Shown here: positions 1 to 12,204 of the stretch, piece by piece | How the letters are laid out: every line of letters begins with the position of its first letter | How positions within the stretch are numbered: the first letter of the stretch is position 1 | Assembly: GCF_001194135.2 (NCBI RefSeq) | Contig: NC_068989.1 | Span: forward strand, 54,904,136 to 54,951,182 | Reading direction: 5' to 3' | Origin: Octopus bimaculoides | Taxonomy: Eukaryota | Length of the DNA: 47,047 bases | Program-made: the position numbers and the translations under genes | The notes under the pieces: generated by a model | The model's input: the letters and a program-made list of their open reading frames with translations, nothing else | The model's database searches: none | What the model was told of the DNA's origin: nothing

Positions 1-184
1 TATATATACACACACACACATGCAAAGCATCGATTAAAGTAAAGAGTAAAGAAGCAAAACAGTTGACATTACTGGAGAAAAAACATTTAATTTAGATAGA
101 GAATATAAACAGAAGGTCAATATTCCGAAGCATTAGGCCTCTTATTCAATACCTATTCAAGATTAAGCAAAATCTTTTTTCATC

Positions 185-530
185 GCTATTACCACTGAAG
201 TCTGGTAAATTTGGGGGTGGGGAAGTGGCACCAACAAAAGGCGATTAGTTGATTATGACTTTCTTGATTAAATTAACCGAAATATCTATTTTTCCGTACC
301 GAAAGCGCGATTAATACTTGCTCAGCGGGAATTTATATTGTATGAATCATTATTTCTAAGAAAGTTGATTATGTGGCTGGGTTACTAGAGCAACAATGGA
401 TATTTATTGCGATATCTAGATGCGGCTCTTTACGTTCTGAGTTCAAATCATTCGTGGACTGATTTTGATTTCATCCTTCCATGGGTCGATACAATAATGT
501 TATCTAGCATAGACAGACAGTCACAATAAG
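185..530 (-). mobile_element. Decayed tRNA-derived SINE fragments
   Basis: Partial matches to the SINE family at 16729-16940 and 41221-41450 (AAATTTGGGGG...GATTA; TTTACGTTCTGAGTTCAAAT...TTTCATCCTTCC..GGGTCGATA). The second piece reads in the opposite orientation to the first. Confidence 0.45.
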
Positions 531-1604
531 TGACCTTGTGTCTATGACAGTGAACATTATTTCTAATTCAGTGTGACGGAAAATAGGCGCAGCTGTTTAT
601 ACAGCATTAAAGAAAAACTAAAGTCGCGCTCTAAATCATTTAATGCTCACCAGAGCATAACGGTTTATCATATGACGCATGTCTGAGATACGTCCGCTTG
701 CTAGATTGTATAGGTATGTATGTATGTAGGAATGTAGCTATGTAGGTGTTATGTATGTTTATGTACGTGACTGTGAGTGATATGTGTGTGTGCAATATTG
801 TAAGCGTATATTTATATCAAGATTCAATTTAAGAACTCACACAGATGAAAAATCCTTTCTGATTCAAAGGATAAAACGGGAAGTTCTGTGTTTTGACGTG
901 CACGCTTTTTCCTTGAGTAGAGGTGACGTAAGTGAAACAGTTCACGCTGCGAATAAATAAATAATAAATATGTTAGAATCATCTGATTGTGGGGTTGGAT
1001 ATAGGTCATGGACTCGGTTCACCAAGAACTTACTAGTTAAACCCGCAATACACCACACCTAAAGTAATTTTCTTGTGAGAATACGTGTCTTTGTATATAA
1101 TTTAATATACAAAGATACTGAGAAATTATTCAGAAAATTACGTATATAACCGAGTTTTTATCAATAAGCTCTTACGCTTTGCTAGTTTTTCTGCTTAAAC
1201 AAATTTCATTTTTGTTTGGTGAGTTTGTTGTTTTTAAGGACAAAAAAAAAGAACCTTGATTTTTAATTCACATCTGCAAACGTAAAGAAACATTTGCTTT
1301 TAATTTGGTTTAAATTATAAAATAACGATTTTGAAACAAAGTTTTGCTCTTTATCCCCTCTCTCCCTCTGTCTATCTCTCTCTCTGTCTACTTATTTTAT
1401 AACATAATTATCCAGTTATAAATGTGTAGTGCTAGTTTTCAGACGGCATGAAATTAAACGACTTTTTTAAACATATTTATTGCGTTTGGATATAAAATGT
1501 TTACTTTAGAATTGAGAGGAAAGCATTTATCAACTATCATTGCTCTAAGCTAAACAGCAATACTTCCAGTGACTACTATTACATCTTTAATTAAACATCC
1601 TCTA

Positions 1605-1707
1605 CTATTGCTGCTACTATTAATACTACTGCTACAACTACTACTACTACTACTACTAGTACTACTACTACCACTACTACTATTATTAATACTACTACTA
1701 ATAATAA
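1605..1707. repeat. (CTA)n then (AAT)n microsatellite
   Basis: Read directly; it produces the poly-Leu ORF 1569-1793. Confidence 0.95.
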
Positions 1708-1919
1708 TGGTTTCAAATTTTGCCACAAGAACAGCGATTTGTGTGGAGAGAATAAGTCAATTACATCGATTCCAGTGTTTCCCGGGTACTTAATTTATCG
1801 ACCCCGAAAGGATCAAAGGCAAATTCGACCCCGGTGGAATTTGAACTCAGAACATGAAGACGAAGTACAGCTAACAATTTCGTCTGGCGAGCTAACGATT
1901 CTGCCAGTTCGCCGCCTTA
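1708..1919 (-). mobile_element. tRNA-derived SINE (Meta-core-like), flanked by (AAT)n
   Basis: Minus strand starts TAAGGCGGCGAACTGGCAGAATCGTTAGC, with a B-box-like GAGTTCAAATTCC and a core TTTGCCTTTGATCCTTTCGGGGTCGATAAATTAAGTACC. The Meta-core assignment is from memory, not a database match. Confidence 0.85.
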
Positions 1920-1943
1920 ATTATAATAATAATTGTAATAATA

Positions 1944-1990
<47 letters not shown>

Positions 1991-1991
<1 letters not shown>

Positions 1992-2203
1992 GCTTCAAAT
2001 TTTGCCACTAGGACAGCAATTTGTGGGGAGGGGATGAGTTGATTACATCGACGCCTGTGTTCAAACGGTACTTAATTTATCGACCTCCAAAGGATGCAAG
2101 GCAAAGACAACCTCGGCAGAATTTGGACTCAAAATGTGGTGACAGGTGAAATACCGCTAAGCATTTCGTCCAGCGCGCAAGCGATTCTGCGAGCTCGCCG
2201 CCT

Positions 2204-2205
<2 letters not shown>
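1991..2205 (-). mobile_element. Second copy of the same SINE, tandem with the first
   Basis: Collinear with 1708-1919 and separated from it by (AAT)n. Confidence 0.85.
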
Positions 2206-2255
<50 letters not shown>

Positions 2256-2260
<5 letters not shown>

Positions 2261-2513
2261 TATTTATATCTAGATTCATTTTAAGGGACCTTTTGAGCGG
2301 GATGGGCTACTCGACCTGAAGAAAATTCTAACTAGGCCCCACCTGCGAGGTCATGCGCTGTTTATCTTGATATGAGATCACCATGTCGCGCACATATGGT
2401 TGTGATACATGTGCTTGGTGTACCCTTATCGGTTTGGTAGTCATGATGAGTATATTGGGCTTCGTATATTTTACCCCAGTGTCACTTCGTTGGCATGCAC
2501 TGCTCTCTCACTC
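2256..2513 (+). repeat. Non-coding AAT-tailed interspersed repeat, probably a LINE 3' UTR
   Basis: Bounded by (AAT)n on both sides and ends ...CTCTCTCACTC(AAT)n, like the neighbouring LINE tails. Family identity is inferred. Confidence 0.45.
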
Positions 2514-2555
<42 letters not shown>

Positions 2556-2576
2556 CATCATAATAATAATAATAAT

Positions 2577-2917
2577 AGAAAGACACTCGGCAAGAAATGG
2601 AAACAGAATTGAAAGAAAATTATAAGGAAACTGATAATAATTAATAATAGAAGCAACTAAAAGACAGAATTGCATGTACATGGGTAATGAAGAGAGTTAC
2701 TGTCATACCAGTTGTTAGGGGTATAGAGAGCATTAACAACCAGGTTTGAGAAATATGTAAGGGATATTGGAATTGACATGAGGATAGAGCATGCTCATAA
2801 AAATGTTCTATTGGTGACAGCGAGGATTTTGAGATTAGCACTTGAGCAAGAAACACTGTGAGGCCTTTGACAACAGGTTGTTGTCCACACTTACAGAATT
2901 AACCGGAGCAAACTGGG
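2577..2917 (+). mobile_element. 3' end of an R4/Dong-like RLE non-LTR retrotransposon
   Basis: Decayed C-terminus (VTVIPVV..G; IEHAHKNVLLVTARILRLALE) followed by a short 3' UTR and an (AAT)n tail. Confidence 0.7.
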
Positions 2918-2940
2918 AATAATAATAATAATGATGATGA

Positions 2941-3772
2941 TCAGTTTACAAGAGATGTGAACGCGAAGACAGATACAGAGGACCGATGGTTATGGATAAG
3001 GAGGTGTGATCTGAAGATAGAGACAGAAGCACTCATATGCGCAGCTCAGGAACAAGCATTAAGGACCAATTATATGAAGTGCAGAATAGACAACACTACC
3101 GATAGCAACAAACGCAGAATGTGTGGTGAGAGGGTTGAAACGATATGGCACATCGTTAGCGATTGACCGAAATTGGCACAACGTGGATACAAAAGATGCC
3201 ATGACAATATGGCAAGAATGATTCATTGGGAGCTCTATGGAAATCACGACCTGCAAAGAGCAAAGACGTGGTATGAGTCAAGCCCAGAAGGAGTCACCGA
3301 GAATGAGAATTGCAAGATCCTGTGGGTTGGAATGGTCCGGTCTGATTACCTCACCAGACATCCGTAAACGGACATTGTTGTGGTAAATAAAGAAGAAAAA
3401 ACATGCATGATAATCGATATGGCATGCTTCAATGACAACAAGATCAATGGGAAAGAAGAAGAAAAAAATAAACTATGACGATTTAAAGTGCGAAATACGA
3501 AGGTTGTGGTCAATGAGGAGAGTAGACGTTATACTAATAGTAATTGGTACACTTGGAAGTATCAGCACTCAATTCCCAACATGGCTGAAAAAGATTGGTG
3601 CAAGTGTGAAGGTAGAACACCTACGAAAATCAGCATTGCTTGGAACTGCAAGAATTCCTCGCAGGGTTCTTGAAGCATGACCAGTAAACAAGTCTCACCT
3701 TAGTCTGCTGGTTGTGGAAAGCTGGCAATTTTTCCGTCATGCCCAGCAAAATAAGCTGTGGGTTTTCATCAC
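2941..3772 (+). mobile_element. 5'-truncated R4/Dong-like LINE (zinc knuckle and restriction-like endonuclease)
   Basis: ETEALICAAQEQALRTNY, degenerate CCHC RMCGERVETIWHIVS, YKRCHDNMARMIHW and SALLGTARIPRRVLEA*; disrupted by stops and frameshifts. Confidence 0.9.
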
Positions 3773-3872
<100 letters not shown>

Positions 3873-3884
3873 AAATAATAATAA

Positions 3885-5160
3885 ATGGATAAATTGATGG
3901 AGAAAGAAATGACAGAAAAATTTAAGGTGGAGTATTTGCGCTGACAGACTGACCGAAATTAGTGGAAATTAAACGGATGGAATAAGATCGAAGCTACCAA
4001 CACCTGGGCCGTTTCACTCGTTAGATATGGAGCAGGAATAATCGCATGGACAGTAGACGAACTAACATCTTAGATAGAAAGACAAGGAAGTTGCTAACTA
4101 GATATGGGTCACTCCACCTCAAAAGTGACACAAACAGACTGTATGTACCAGAAAAAGAGGGGGAAGAGGACTTATTGGATGTGAACACAGCATTAGAGCA
4201 GAAGAAAACAACATAGCATGGTATGTAAAAAATGCCACAGAACCGCTATTATTAGAAGCAAGAAGGTCAGGCTTGTGTAGGATGAAAAATTGCAAATACA
4301 AAGCACTATACAAGAAATTGAAAATGAATGAAACTGAAAATTGGTGGGTAAAGAAAAGAATGCATGGTCAATTTCATAGGGATGTTGAAGATAAGACAGA
4401 CAGAGAAAAAAGATGACTGTGGATGACTAAAAGTGATTTAAAACCGGAAACGGAGGCTCTTATCTCTGCTGCCCAAGAGCAAGCACTAAGAACAAACTAC
4501 ATAAAATACAGAATAGACAACACATCAGAAAGTGATAAGTGCAGAATCTGTGGACAAAATGGTGAAACCGTATGGCATATTACCAGCCAATGTACGCCAC
4601 TAGTCCAGACAATATAGACAGGCTTGTTCATTGGTCGCTTTGCAACAAGTATGGACTTGACAGAGCAAAAAATTAGTATGACCACAAACCTGAAGACATC
4701 GTCGAAAATAGAAATGCAAAGATTATGTGGGATTTTATGATTCAGTGCATCCATGAGATAGAGAAAAGGAAGCTAGAAATAGTCTTAATTGAGAAAGAAA
4801 GCAAACTATTCTGGGTCATAGATATATCATGCCTAGCTGACAACAAGGTATGCGATAAGAAAGAAAGAAAAGTTGAGAGATATGACAGGTTAGCTTGGGA
4901 AGCAGTTGTTGTCGATGAAAAAGTTCGCAGTTGTACCAATAATTGTCGGAGCCCTGAGAACAGTAAGCAAAAATCTCGAGAAGTACGTGGAACAAATAGG
5001 GTCTGCAATAACGGTGAAGCACTTGCAGAAAACAGCACGGCTTGGAACCGCTCGAATACTCCGGAAGATGCTCGAAAAATAAGGGGTGTTACCTTAGTTC
5101 ACTGATAGTGAACAGCTGACACTGTAGTACATCTCCAGCGTTAGAAGCTGTGCAAAAGCA
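3885..5160 (+). mobile_element. 5'-truncated R4/Dong-like LINE, same subfamily as 17800-19276
   Basis: Intact CCHC knuckle CRICGQNGETVWHITSQC (4540-4593), RLE region (EKRKLEIVLIEKESKLFWVIDISC), a 3' UTR shared with the other copies, and AAT/AAC repeat flanks. Confidence 0.9.
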
Positions 5161-5174
5161 ATGATGATAATAAT

Positions 5175-5260
<86 letters not shown>

Positions 5261-5299
5261 ATGCCCTGATGCAGTGCCAGGCAGTGGTTCTCATGGCTT

Positions 5300-5462
5300 C
5301 GCATCTTGATTGGAAGTTTTACCATGGCGACTGCCCGTCCCCACTGATCTTTGTACTGCGCATGATACCACCAATGCTGATTCTGAGGAAAGCAAAGGCT
5401 GGATATGTGCTCAAGAAGCGCCAACAAATAGTCAACCTCTGATTATTCATGGATAAACTCAA
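5300..5462 (+). mobile_element. Reverse transcriptase core fragment of an R4/Dong-like LINE
   Basis: FYHGDCPSPLIFVLRMIP...L*LFMDKLK matches the family motifs QGDxLSPLLF and HLLFMDDLK. It is cut off by the minisatellite. Confidence 0.8.
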
Positions 5463-6320
5463 ACATTTTATCGATCTCAATTGACGAACCGCCAAGTTAC
5501 GGAGACATTTTTTTCGATATCCATTGCCGAACCCCTAAGTTACGGGGACATTTTATCGAATTCCATTGCCGAACCGCTGTTGTTACGGGGACATTTCATC
5601 GATCGCTATTGGCGAACCGCTAAGTTACGAGACATTTTATCGATCTCTATTCCCGAACCGCTATGTTACCGGGACATTTTATCGGTCCCTATTTCCGAAC
5701 CGCTAAGTTACGGGTACATTTTATCGATCACCATTGCCGAACCGCTATGTTACGGGGACATTTTATCTATCGCTATTGCGGACCGCCAAGTTACGGGTAC
5801 ATATTATCGATCCATGTTGCCGAACCGCTTGCTTACAAGGACATTTTATCGACGTCTATTGCCGAACCGCTAAGTTAGGGGGACATTTTATCGATTCCCA
5901 TTGCCGAACCGCTAGATGACGCGGACATTTTATCGAAGTCTATTGCTGAACTGCTAAGTTACCAGGACATTTTATCGAAGTCTATTGCTGAACTGCTAAG
6001 TTACCAGGACATTTTATCGAACACTATTGCCGAAACGCAATGTTACGAGGACATTTTATCGATCTCTATTTCCGAACCGCTAGGTTAGGGGGACATTTTA
6101 TCAATCTCCATAACCGAACCCCTTAGTTACGGGGACATTTTATCGATATCTATTGCAGAACCGCTAAGTTACGGGACATTTTATCGATCTCTATTTCCGA
6201 ACCGCTAAGTTACGGGGACATTTTATAGATCTTAATTGCCGAACCGCTAAGTTACGGGGACATTTTATCAATCTCCATAACCGAACCCCTTAGTTACGGG
6301 GACATTTTATCGATCTCTAT
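5463..6320. repeat. 42-bp minisatellite, about 20 copies, derived from a SINE segment
   Basis: Consensus CATTTTATCGATCTCTATTGCCGAACCGCTAAGTTACGGGGA. It explains the 14-aa repeat ORFs at 5481-5919. Confidence 0.95.
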
Positions 6321-6339
6321 CCTAAGATAATTATTTTCC

Positions 6340-6480
6340 GAGTTACAGGCAAGGGCTGAAATTTGGGGCGAGGGTATTGTCGATACTAAGAACTTCGCTA
6401 CTTGGCTGGTACTCTATTTTATCGACCGTGAAAAGAGGAAAGACAAAGTTGACTCACGGTGAGATTTGAACTCACAACAA
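6340..6480 (-). mobile_element. Decayed Meta-core-like SINE
   Basis: GCTGAAATTTGGGG...GGTACTCTATTTTATCGACC...GATTTGAACTCACAAC, similar to 16729-16940. Confidence 0.65.
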
Positions 6481-6489
6481 AACTAGATT

Positions 6490-6830
6490 TCTTTTTATCT
6501 TTTATCTTTTATCTTTTACTGGTTTCAGTCATTTGACTGCGGCCATGCTGGAGCACCGACTTGAAGGGTTTTAATCGAGCAGATCGAGCCAAAGGTTAAT
6601 TACTTTTTTAGGCCTAGTACTTATTCTAATGGTCTTTTTTTTCGAAACGCTTAGTTACGTGGACGTAAACACACTACCACCGGTTGTTAAGCGGTGGTGG
6701 GGGACAAACACAGAATTAGAGACACACGCATATATATATATATATATATATATATAGATATATATACTGCAGGCGTCTTTCAGTTTCCGTTTCGCAAATC
6801 TACTCACATAGGTTTGATCGTATGTGTTCA
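6490..6830 (-). mobile_element. CORE-type tRNA SINE with internal microsatellite, head truncated
   Basis: Collinear with 9720-10094: tail TTTCAGTCATTTGACTGCGGCCATGCTGGAGCACC, internal (TA)n, and part of the core. Confidence 0.85.
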
Positions 6831-7532
6831 TTATCCTATTATCCTACGGTGCCTTACAACCTAACCCTTCACAATCACATAATGAAAAAAAAATAAATAA
6901 CAATAAAAGTTAAAAAATTGAATAAAGAAATAATTTTAAACAAATTTTAAAAAGTCAAGGGGGAACAAAAAAGATTTTGTTTTTTAAATTACATGAAGCA
7001 ACAAGATTTTGCCAAGAACCTTAGATTAGAAAATCAAACCGAATAATTGGGAACCAATGAAATCGTTTGTTCTCGGATGAGGATTTGTTTTATCGCGTCA
7101 CGGGTTTCATACAACGTGGTGTGGTGGTACATGTCGAGAACTGGATAAATGTGCAAACTGCAGTTAACGGTTTCTCACCGTTCTCGGGTTACAGAGTCTT
7201 TGTTCAGAGCTTCAGCAATAATAAATAGAACCACGCTACTTGCACACAGCAGTCTTGGTTAGCGTGAGTCCTCGGTGGTAGAGGGCCTTTAATATCGGGA
7301 AAAGACACTATTTTGGAGAAGAATGAAAATGTGTTAGAATTCGGCAATGTTTAGTTTGTTTACTGGTATAGTACATGACTTCAGCTTCATTAGTCTTCAT
7401 TCTGTCATTCATTCACTTTCTTTTTTATTTTTTATTCTTTTTATACTGTTTGGGACCAATTGCGCATACAGAAAAAGTAGCAATTATATTTATATTCAAT
7501 TCAAAATTTCAGAATGCGTATGTATATATATA

Positions 7533-7575
<43 letters not shown>

Positions 7576-9195
7576 TGTGTATGTGTGTATGTGTGTAGTC
7601 ACGGATAACCAAATTTTTCTAAATTTATCATTTATAGAGCTCGTCTCTCGTTGTCTTTGTGATTCTCTCTCTACATCTATCTTCGCCCCTTTTTTTCATA
7701 AAATCTCTCTTTCACCACATCTCTCTGTCATTATCTATGTCTTCCTCTTTTCTCTCTATCTCTCTCCCTCTCCCCCCCTCTCTCTCTCTTTCTTTCTCAA
7801 ATACAATGTAAATGAAAAACTAATTCTTAAAACTGATCAGAATCGGAGCATTCATGTCTTTCAAGTTTGTCCGATCGTTTGAGTTTTCAGTTTGTCTCCC
7901 TTCGTTATCTCTGTCCTATTCTTTCTCCCTCTCTCTTTATCTGTTTGTTTATGTCAGTCTCTTTCATCTCCTTTCTTTCTCTTTCACACACTCTCACTCT
8001 CACGCTCTCACTCTCACTCTTTCAGACATATTCTGTACTATAACAGAGAAGTAATTCTCGAATTTATGAAGGAGTCAGACGTTTCTTACTACATAAAGCT
8101 GTGTGTGTGTATGAGTGTGTGCGCAAGAATGCGCGTGTGTGTATATACATGTGCATATGTGTGTGTGCCTGTGAGTGTATCTCGTTTCAAACATTTCCAT
8201 TCTCTTTGCATATTTCTCTTTCACTCTAACTCTAACATTCTTTTTTACTATATCCCTATGGAAACTGTTTACACGGTCGAGTGATCTTCTAGAAATAGAA
8301 ACCAAATCTCCCACAATTTACAACTTGACTTCTTAAAATATAAATGTTATTTTTTAATGTAGATCCTAAAATAAAGAAATAAGAAAAAAAATTAAATAAA
8401 AACAAAGATAAAAAATATAGAGAGAGGCGATTAGAAAACTTCTAAATATATAAATTTCCTTGATCAGGAGTGAATTGGAGCTAAAGCAAGCTCCGAGAAA
8501 TAGCAACCATATTTATCAAAAATCACAGACTACTATTTTATAAAAAAAAAAAAATAACGTGATTGGATGAAGTGATCTCAGAAATACAGTCTGACAGAAA
8601 AAAAGCGGGCTGTCACGACTGGAAAGCCTTTCACAATGAATTGTTAGACCAAGGTGTACCTGACACGAAACAACAACACAGGAATATGCCAAATAATTTT
8701 CTCCCATATTTATGCTTCATTATTTTTCTTTCTCTTCTCTTTCTTTTTCACACTATTTTCCAGATTTCGTATTCTCGTTAATTTTCATTAACTTTTGTGT
8801 TCTGTCTTCCATTTCCTGCTCCGTATACTTCTGCTCCACTCACTTTCTGTCTCCTGCAAATTTGTCTATCTATCTATCTATCTATCTATCTAGCCATCTA
8901 TCTATCCATCTATCTATCTATCTATCTATCTGTATGTATGTATATATGTATGTATGTATGTATGTATATCACATTAAGGGCATTACAATACATAAATGCC
9001 TCACGCTATAAGGGACTCTTAAAGTCAAAACTACCATAATAAATATAGTGTACCGAACGTGAGGGAATGCAACTCTAGATGTATGTTTCTTACCACACAG
9101 CCATGCCTGCGCCTATATTATGTATGTATGTATGTATGTATGTATGTATGTATGCATGTATGTATGTGTGCGTGTATGTATGTATTTATGTACAT

Positions 9196-9540
9196 ATGCG
9201 AGATCTGTTTGAAAAGTAACGGGACTAGTGTCACAAAAAGTTTATTTCAATTTCAAACAACAAACAGCGTAATTTCCCCTTCAAAGTAATCCCCCACGAG
9301 TCTAATGCATTTTACCATCCTTCTCTGCTACGCTTCTATGCACTGCTGGAAGGATTCATCTGGGACGCCCCTCAGCTCCGTCGTTACCGCCCTCTTGATG
9401 GTCTCCACGCCTTTCAAATGGGTCCCCTTGATGATTCCCTTTAGCTTAGGGAAAAGGTAAAAGGCACACGGAGCAAGATCAGGTGAACAAGGAGTTTGTT
9501 CTAATATGGCGATGTTCTCGTCCAGGAATTGCCTGTGTTT
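9196..9540 (-). mobile_element. Mariner transposase C-terminal relic with one TIR
   Basis: Minus-strand translation ILEQTPCSPDLAPCAFYLFPKLK...FQQCIEA*QRRMVKCIRLVGDYFEGE (YSPDLAP and GDYFEG motifs). TIR-like GCGAGATCTGTTTGAAAAGTAACGGGA near 9198-9225. Confidence 0.9.
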
Positions 9541-9719
9541 ATACGCTCATTTGCTACCACGGGATGGCGTCCGAAGTAAGGTCCCTACACAATGTCGAGA
9601 GCTAGAGAACAACGAATGTCCCAAACCAGGTGAGATAACTCGTCTCTAGATGACCGAGAATGGTAGTTATTGATATTTCGTCATTATTGTGCCGAAATAT
9701 CGATATATATATATAATTT

Positions 9720-10094
9720 TATTCTTTTATTCTTTTACTTGTTTCAGTCATTTGACTGCGGCCATGCTGAAGCACCACCTTGAAGGGTGTTAGTCGAGGA
9801 AATCGACCCCAGGACTTATTCTTTGTAAGCCTGGTATTTATTCTATCGGGGGCATAAGCACACCAGCATCGGTTGTCAAGTGACGGTGAGAGGGTAACTA
9901 CAGACACACACAAATACACACAAACACACACACATACACACATATATATACGACGGGCTTCTTCCAGTTCCCGTCTACCAAAGCTACTCACAAAGCTTTA
10001 GTGGGCCCGAGGCTATAGAAGACACGTAGTGGGACTGAACCCGGAGCCATGCGGTTGGGAAGCAAGTTTCTTAGCACACAGCCACGCCTGCGCC
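9720..10094 (-). mobile_element. Near-full-length CORE-type tRNA SINE (octopus OR-like)
   Basis: Minus-strand head GGCGCAGGCGTGGCTGTGTG, B-box-like GGTTCAGTCCC, CORE-like TATAGCCTCGGGCCC...GCTTTGTGAG, internal (TG)n, and a tail ending AAAAGAATAAAAGAA. Confidence 0.9.
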
Positions 10095-11771
10095 TATATT
10101 ATTTATGCATGTATGTATGTATGTATGTATGTATGTATGTATATGTAGGCGGGTATGTATATTTATATACATTTATATATAAATATGTATATATACATAC
10201 ATAGTTTCGGCTATCGTCGGATGATGGCTTAGCCGGTCGAATCTTCGAAGTCACTGTCAGCAATATTCTTATTTAAGAATAATAAATTTATATTCTTCAG
10301 AAGTATAGGGGAACCCATCAGATTAATGTAGAATTGTTTTTATTATAACTGAACATGGAAATAAATATTCATTCATATATGTGAGTGCGTATGTGTGTGC
10401 GCGCGTGTATGTATACATTTATATATGCATATACATCAATATGTTCATATACATATATAGCTTCGAGTGTGAGTGCGTGTGCGAGTGCGTCTGTGTGTGT
10501 GCGTGTGTGTATATATGTGTATTTCCGTGTGTGTGTGTGTGTGTGTGCGTGTGTGAGTGTGTGTGTGTGTGTGTGTGTAAATACGATCCAAGGATCCGAG
10601 AAATTTTGTTAAGCTTCAAGCAATAGGCGGCTAGAATATAGAACAAAAATAAAGAGTACAAGATAAGGCATAATAACAATTCATTGCCGTTTTAAGTTAC
10701 ACACTTTTTCCCATACCGAAGTTACAACGAATTTTGATAAGCCGATAGTTTGTTTACAACTCGCTGTTAACTTATACTGTAAAAATGCACCTAATTTTCG
10801 ATTATATATACACATACATATATGCATATATACAAATGCATACATGCATGCATGCATGCATACATACATGTACGTATACATGTATGTATTATGTGTATGT
10901 ATGCATGGGTGTATGTGTGTATGTATGTGGCTAAGCTACCGTCATTACTCTTGCGTTTCTGCATTTTCAAGCATCCTTTGCTAATCACCATAGCGAAACA
11001 AAAACAATGAACATCACTGATGAAAATATAAGATGTCTGAAGAACACACACTCCCCAGTTGGTGGTCGGGTTTCACATTAATCACGTCTGAAATAAACAG
11101 AAAAAGAAAAAAATCGGCAAAAACTAAAGCGATGTGACAGAAAAGATAGCTCATAGGATAGTGTCGGAAAGAGGTAATAATTGTTGGTAAATAGATAAAC
11201 GTTTAATTATATAGACATGTTCACGCATATATTCGTACGTACATATATGCACATATATACCCATATAGAAAACCATATGTGTATCTATGTACATATACAT
11301 ATATGTGCGTACCTACCTACATAAACACATAAAGTCACGTACATTCACTTACGTACATACGCACATACAGAAGTAAGAACAATCATGCTGCATATATGCA
11401 TTCATGCATATATGCATACTTACATTCATATATGCTTGTATGCATACATACACACTTACATAATAATATACACAAGCATACATACGCGCATACATACATA
11501 CATGTAACTAAAAAAAAACACACTTTTAGGACTTATAAATAACAAACTAATGAAAAATATGCCGTTACCCCATCTGGATTATAGCTTTACGTTAATGGCT
11601 ATCGGACGCTTCGATACTTATCTAACGACCTTTGCCGTAATCTTGAGAACTTGGGTTTCACAGTAGCCGTAAGAACACGAATAATTAGAAAATTACAGCT
11701 ACAATCCATTAGAAGCACGNNNNNNNNNNTACAGAGAGAGAAAGAGAAAGAGAAACAGACAGACACACAGG

Positions 11772-11818
<47 letters not shown>

Positions 11819-12204
11819 CTATAGATATAGATATATACACACACACACACGTGTACACAGGCGTGCATTTGTATGCGGAGATATAATTGAATCAAAACAG
11901 AGAATCACACATGCTGTAACATGCTTGCTGTGTCTTGATGTTATGGCATGCGTGATTCCACATCCGCATGTATGAGATTTCATATATGAATGCGGTCATA
12001 CAAACATGCATAAGTATATGTATATATGTGTACACGCAGATGTATATGCGTGTATATATTCGTAGATACAAGCCTGCATACACGAGTTCCTGCTTGTATA
12101 CATATCCTGTTAAATGTTATTGTAATTTATATGAAGGAGTTTTGTTTTGGTTTAAAAATTGACTCCTTCTCTATTGAAGGAAGTCATTTGAAGACTAAAA
12201 TAAA

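Noticed and set aside
5481-5919. ORFs with 14-aa repeats
   Set aside because: By-product of the 42-bp unit; frames break at unit indels and there are no gene signals.
5463-6320. CRISPR-like array
   Set aside because: Contiguous tandem units without unique spacers, in a eukaryotic context with no cas genes.
8563-8781. 72-aa ORF MDEVISEIQSD...
   Set aside because: No recognisable motif or splice context, and it runs into low-complexity sequence.
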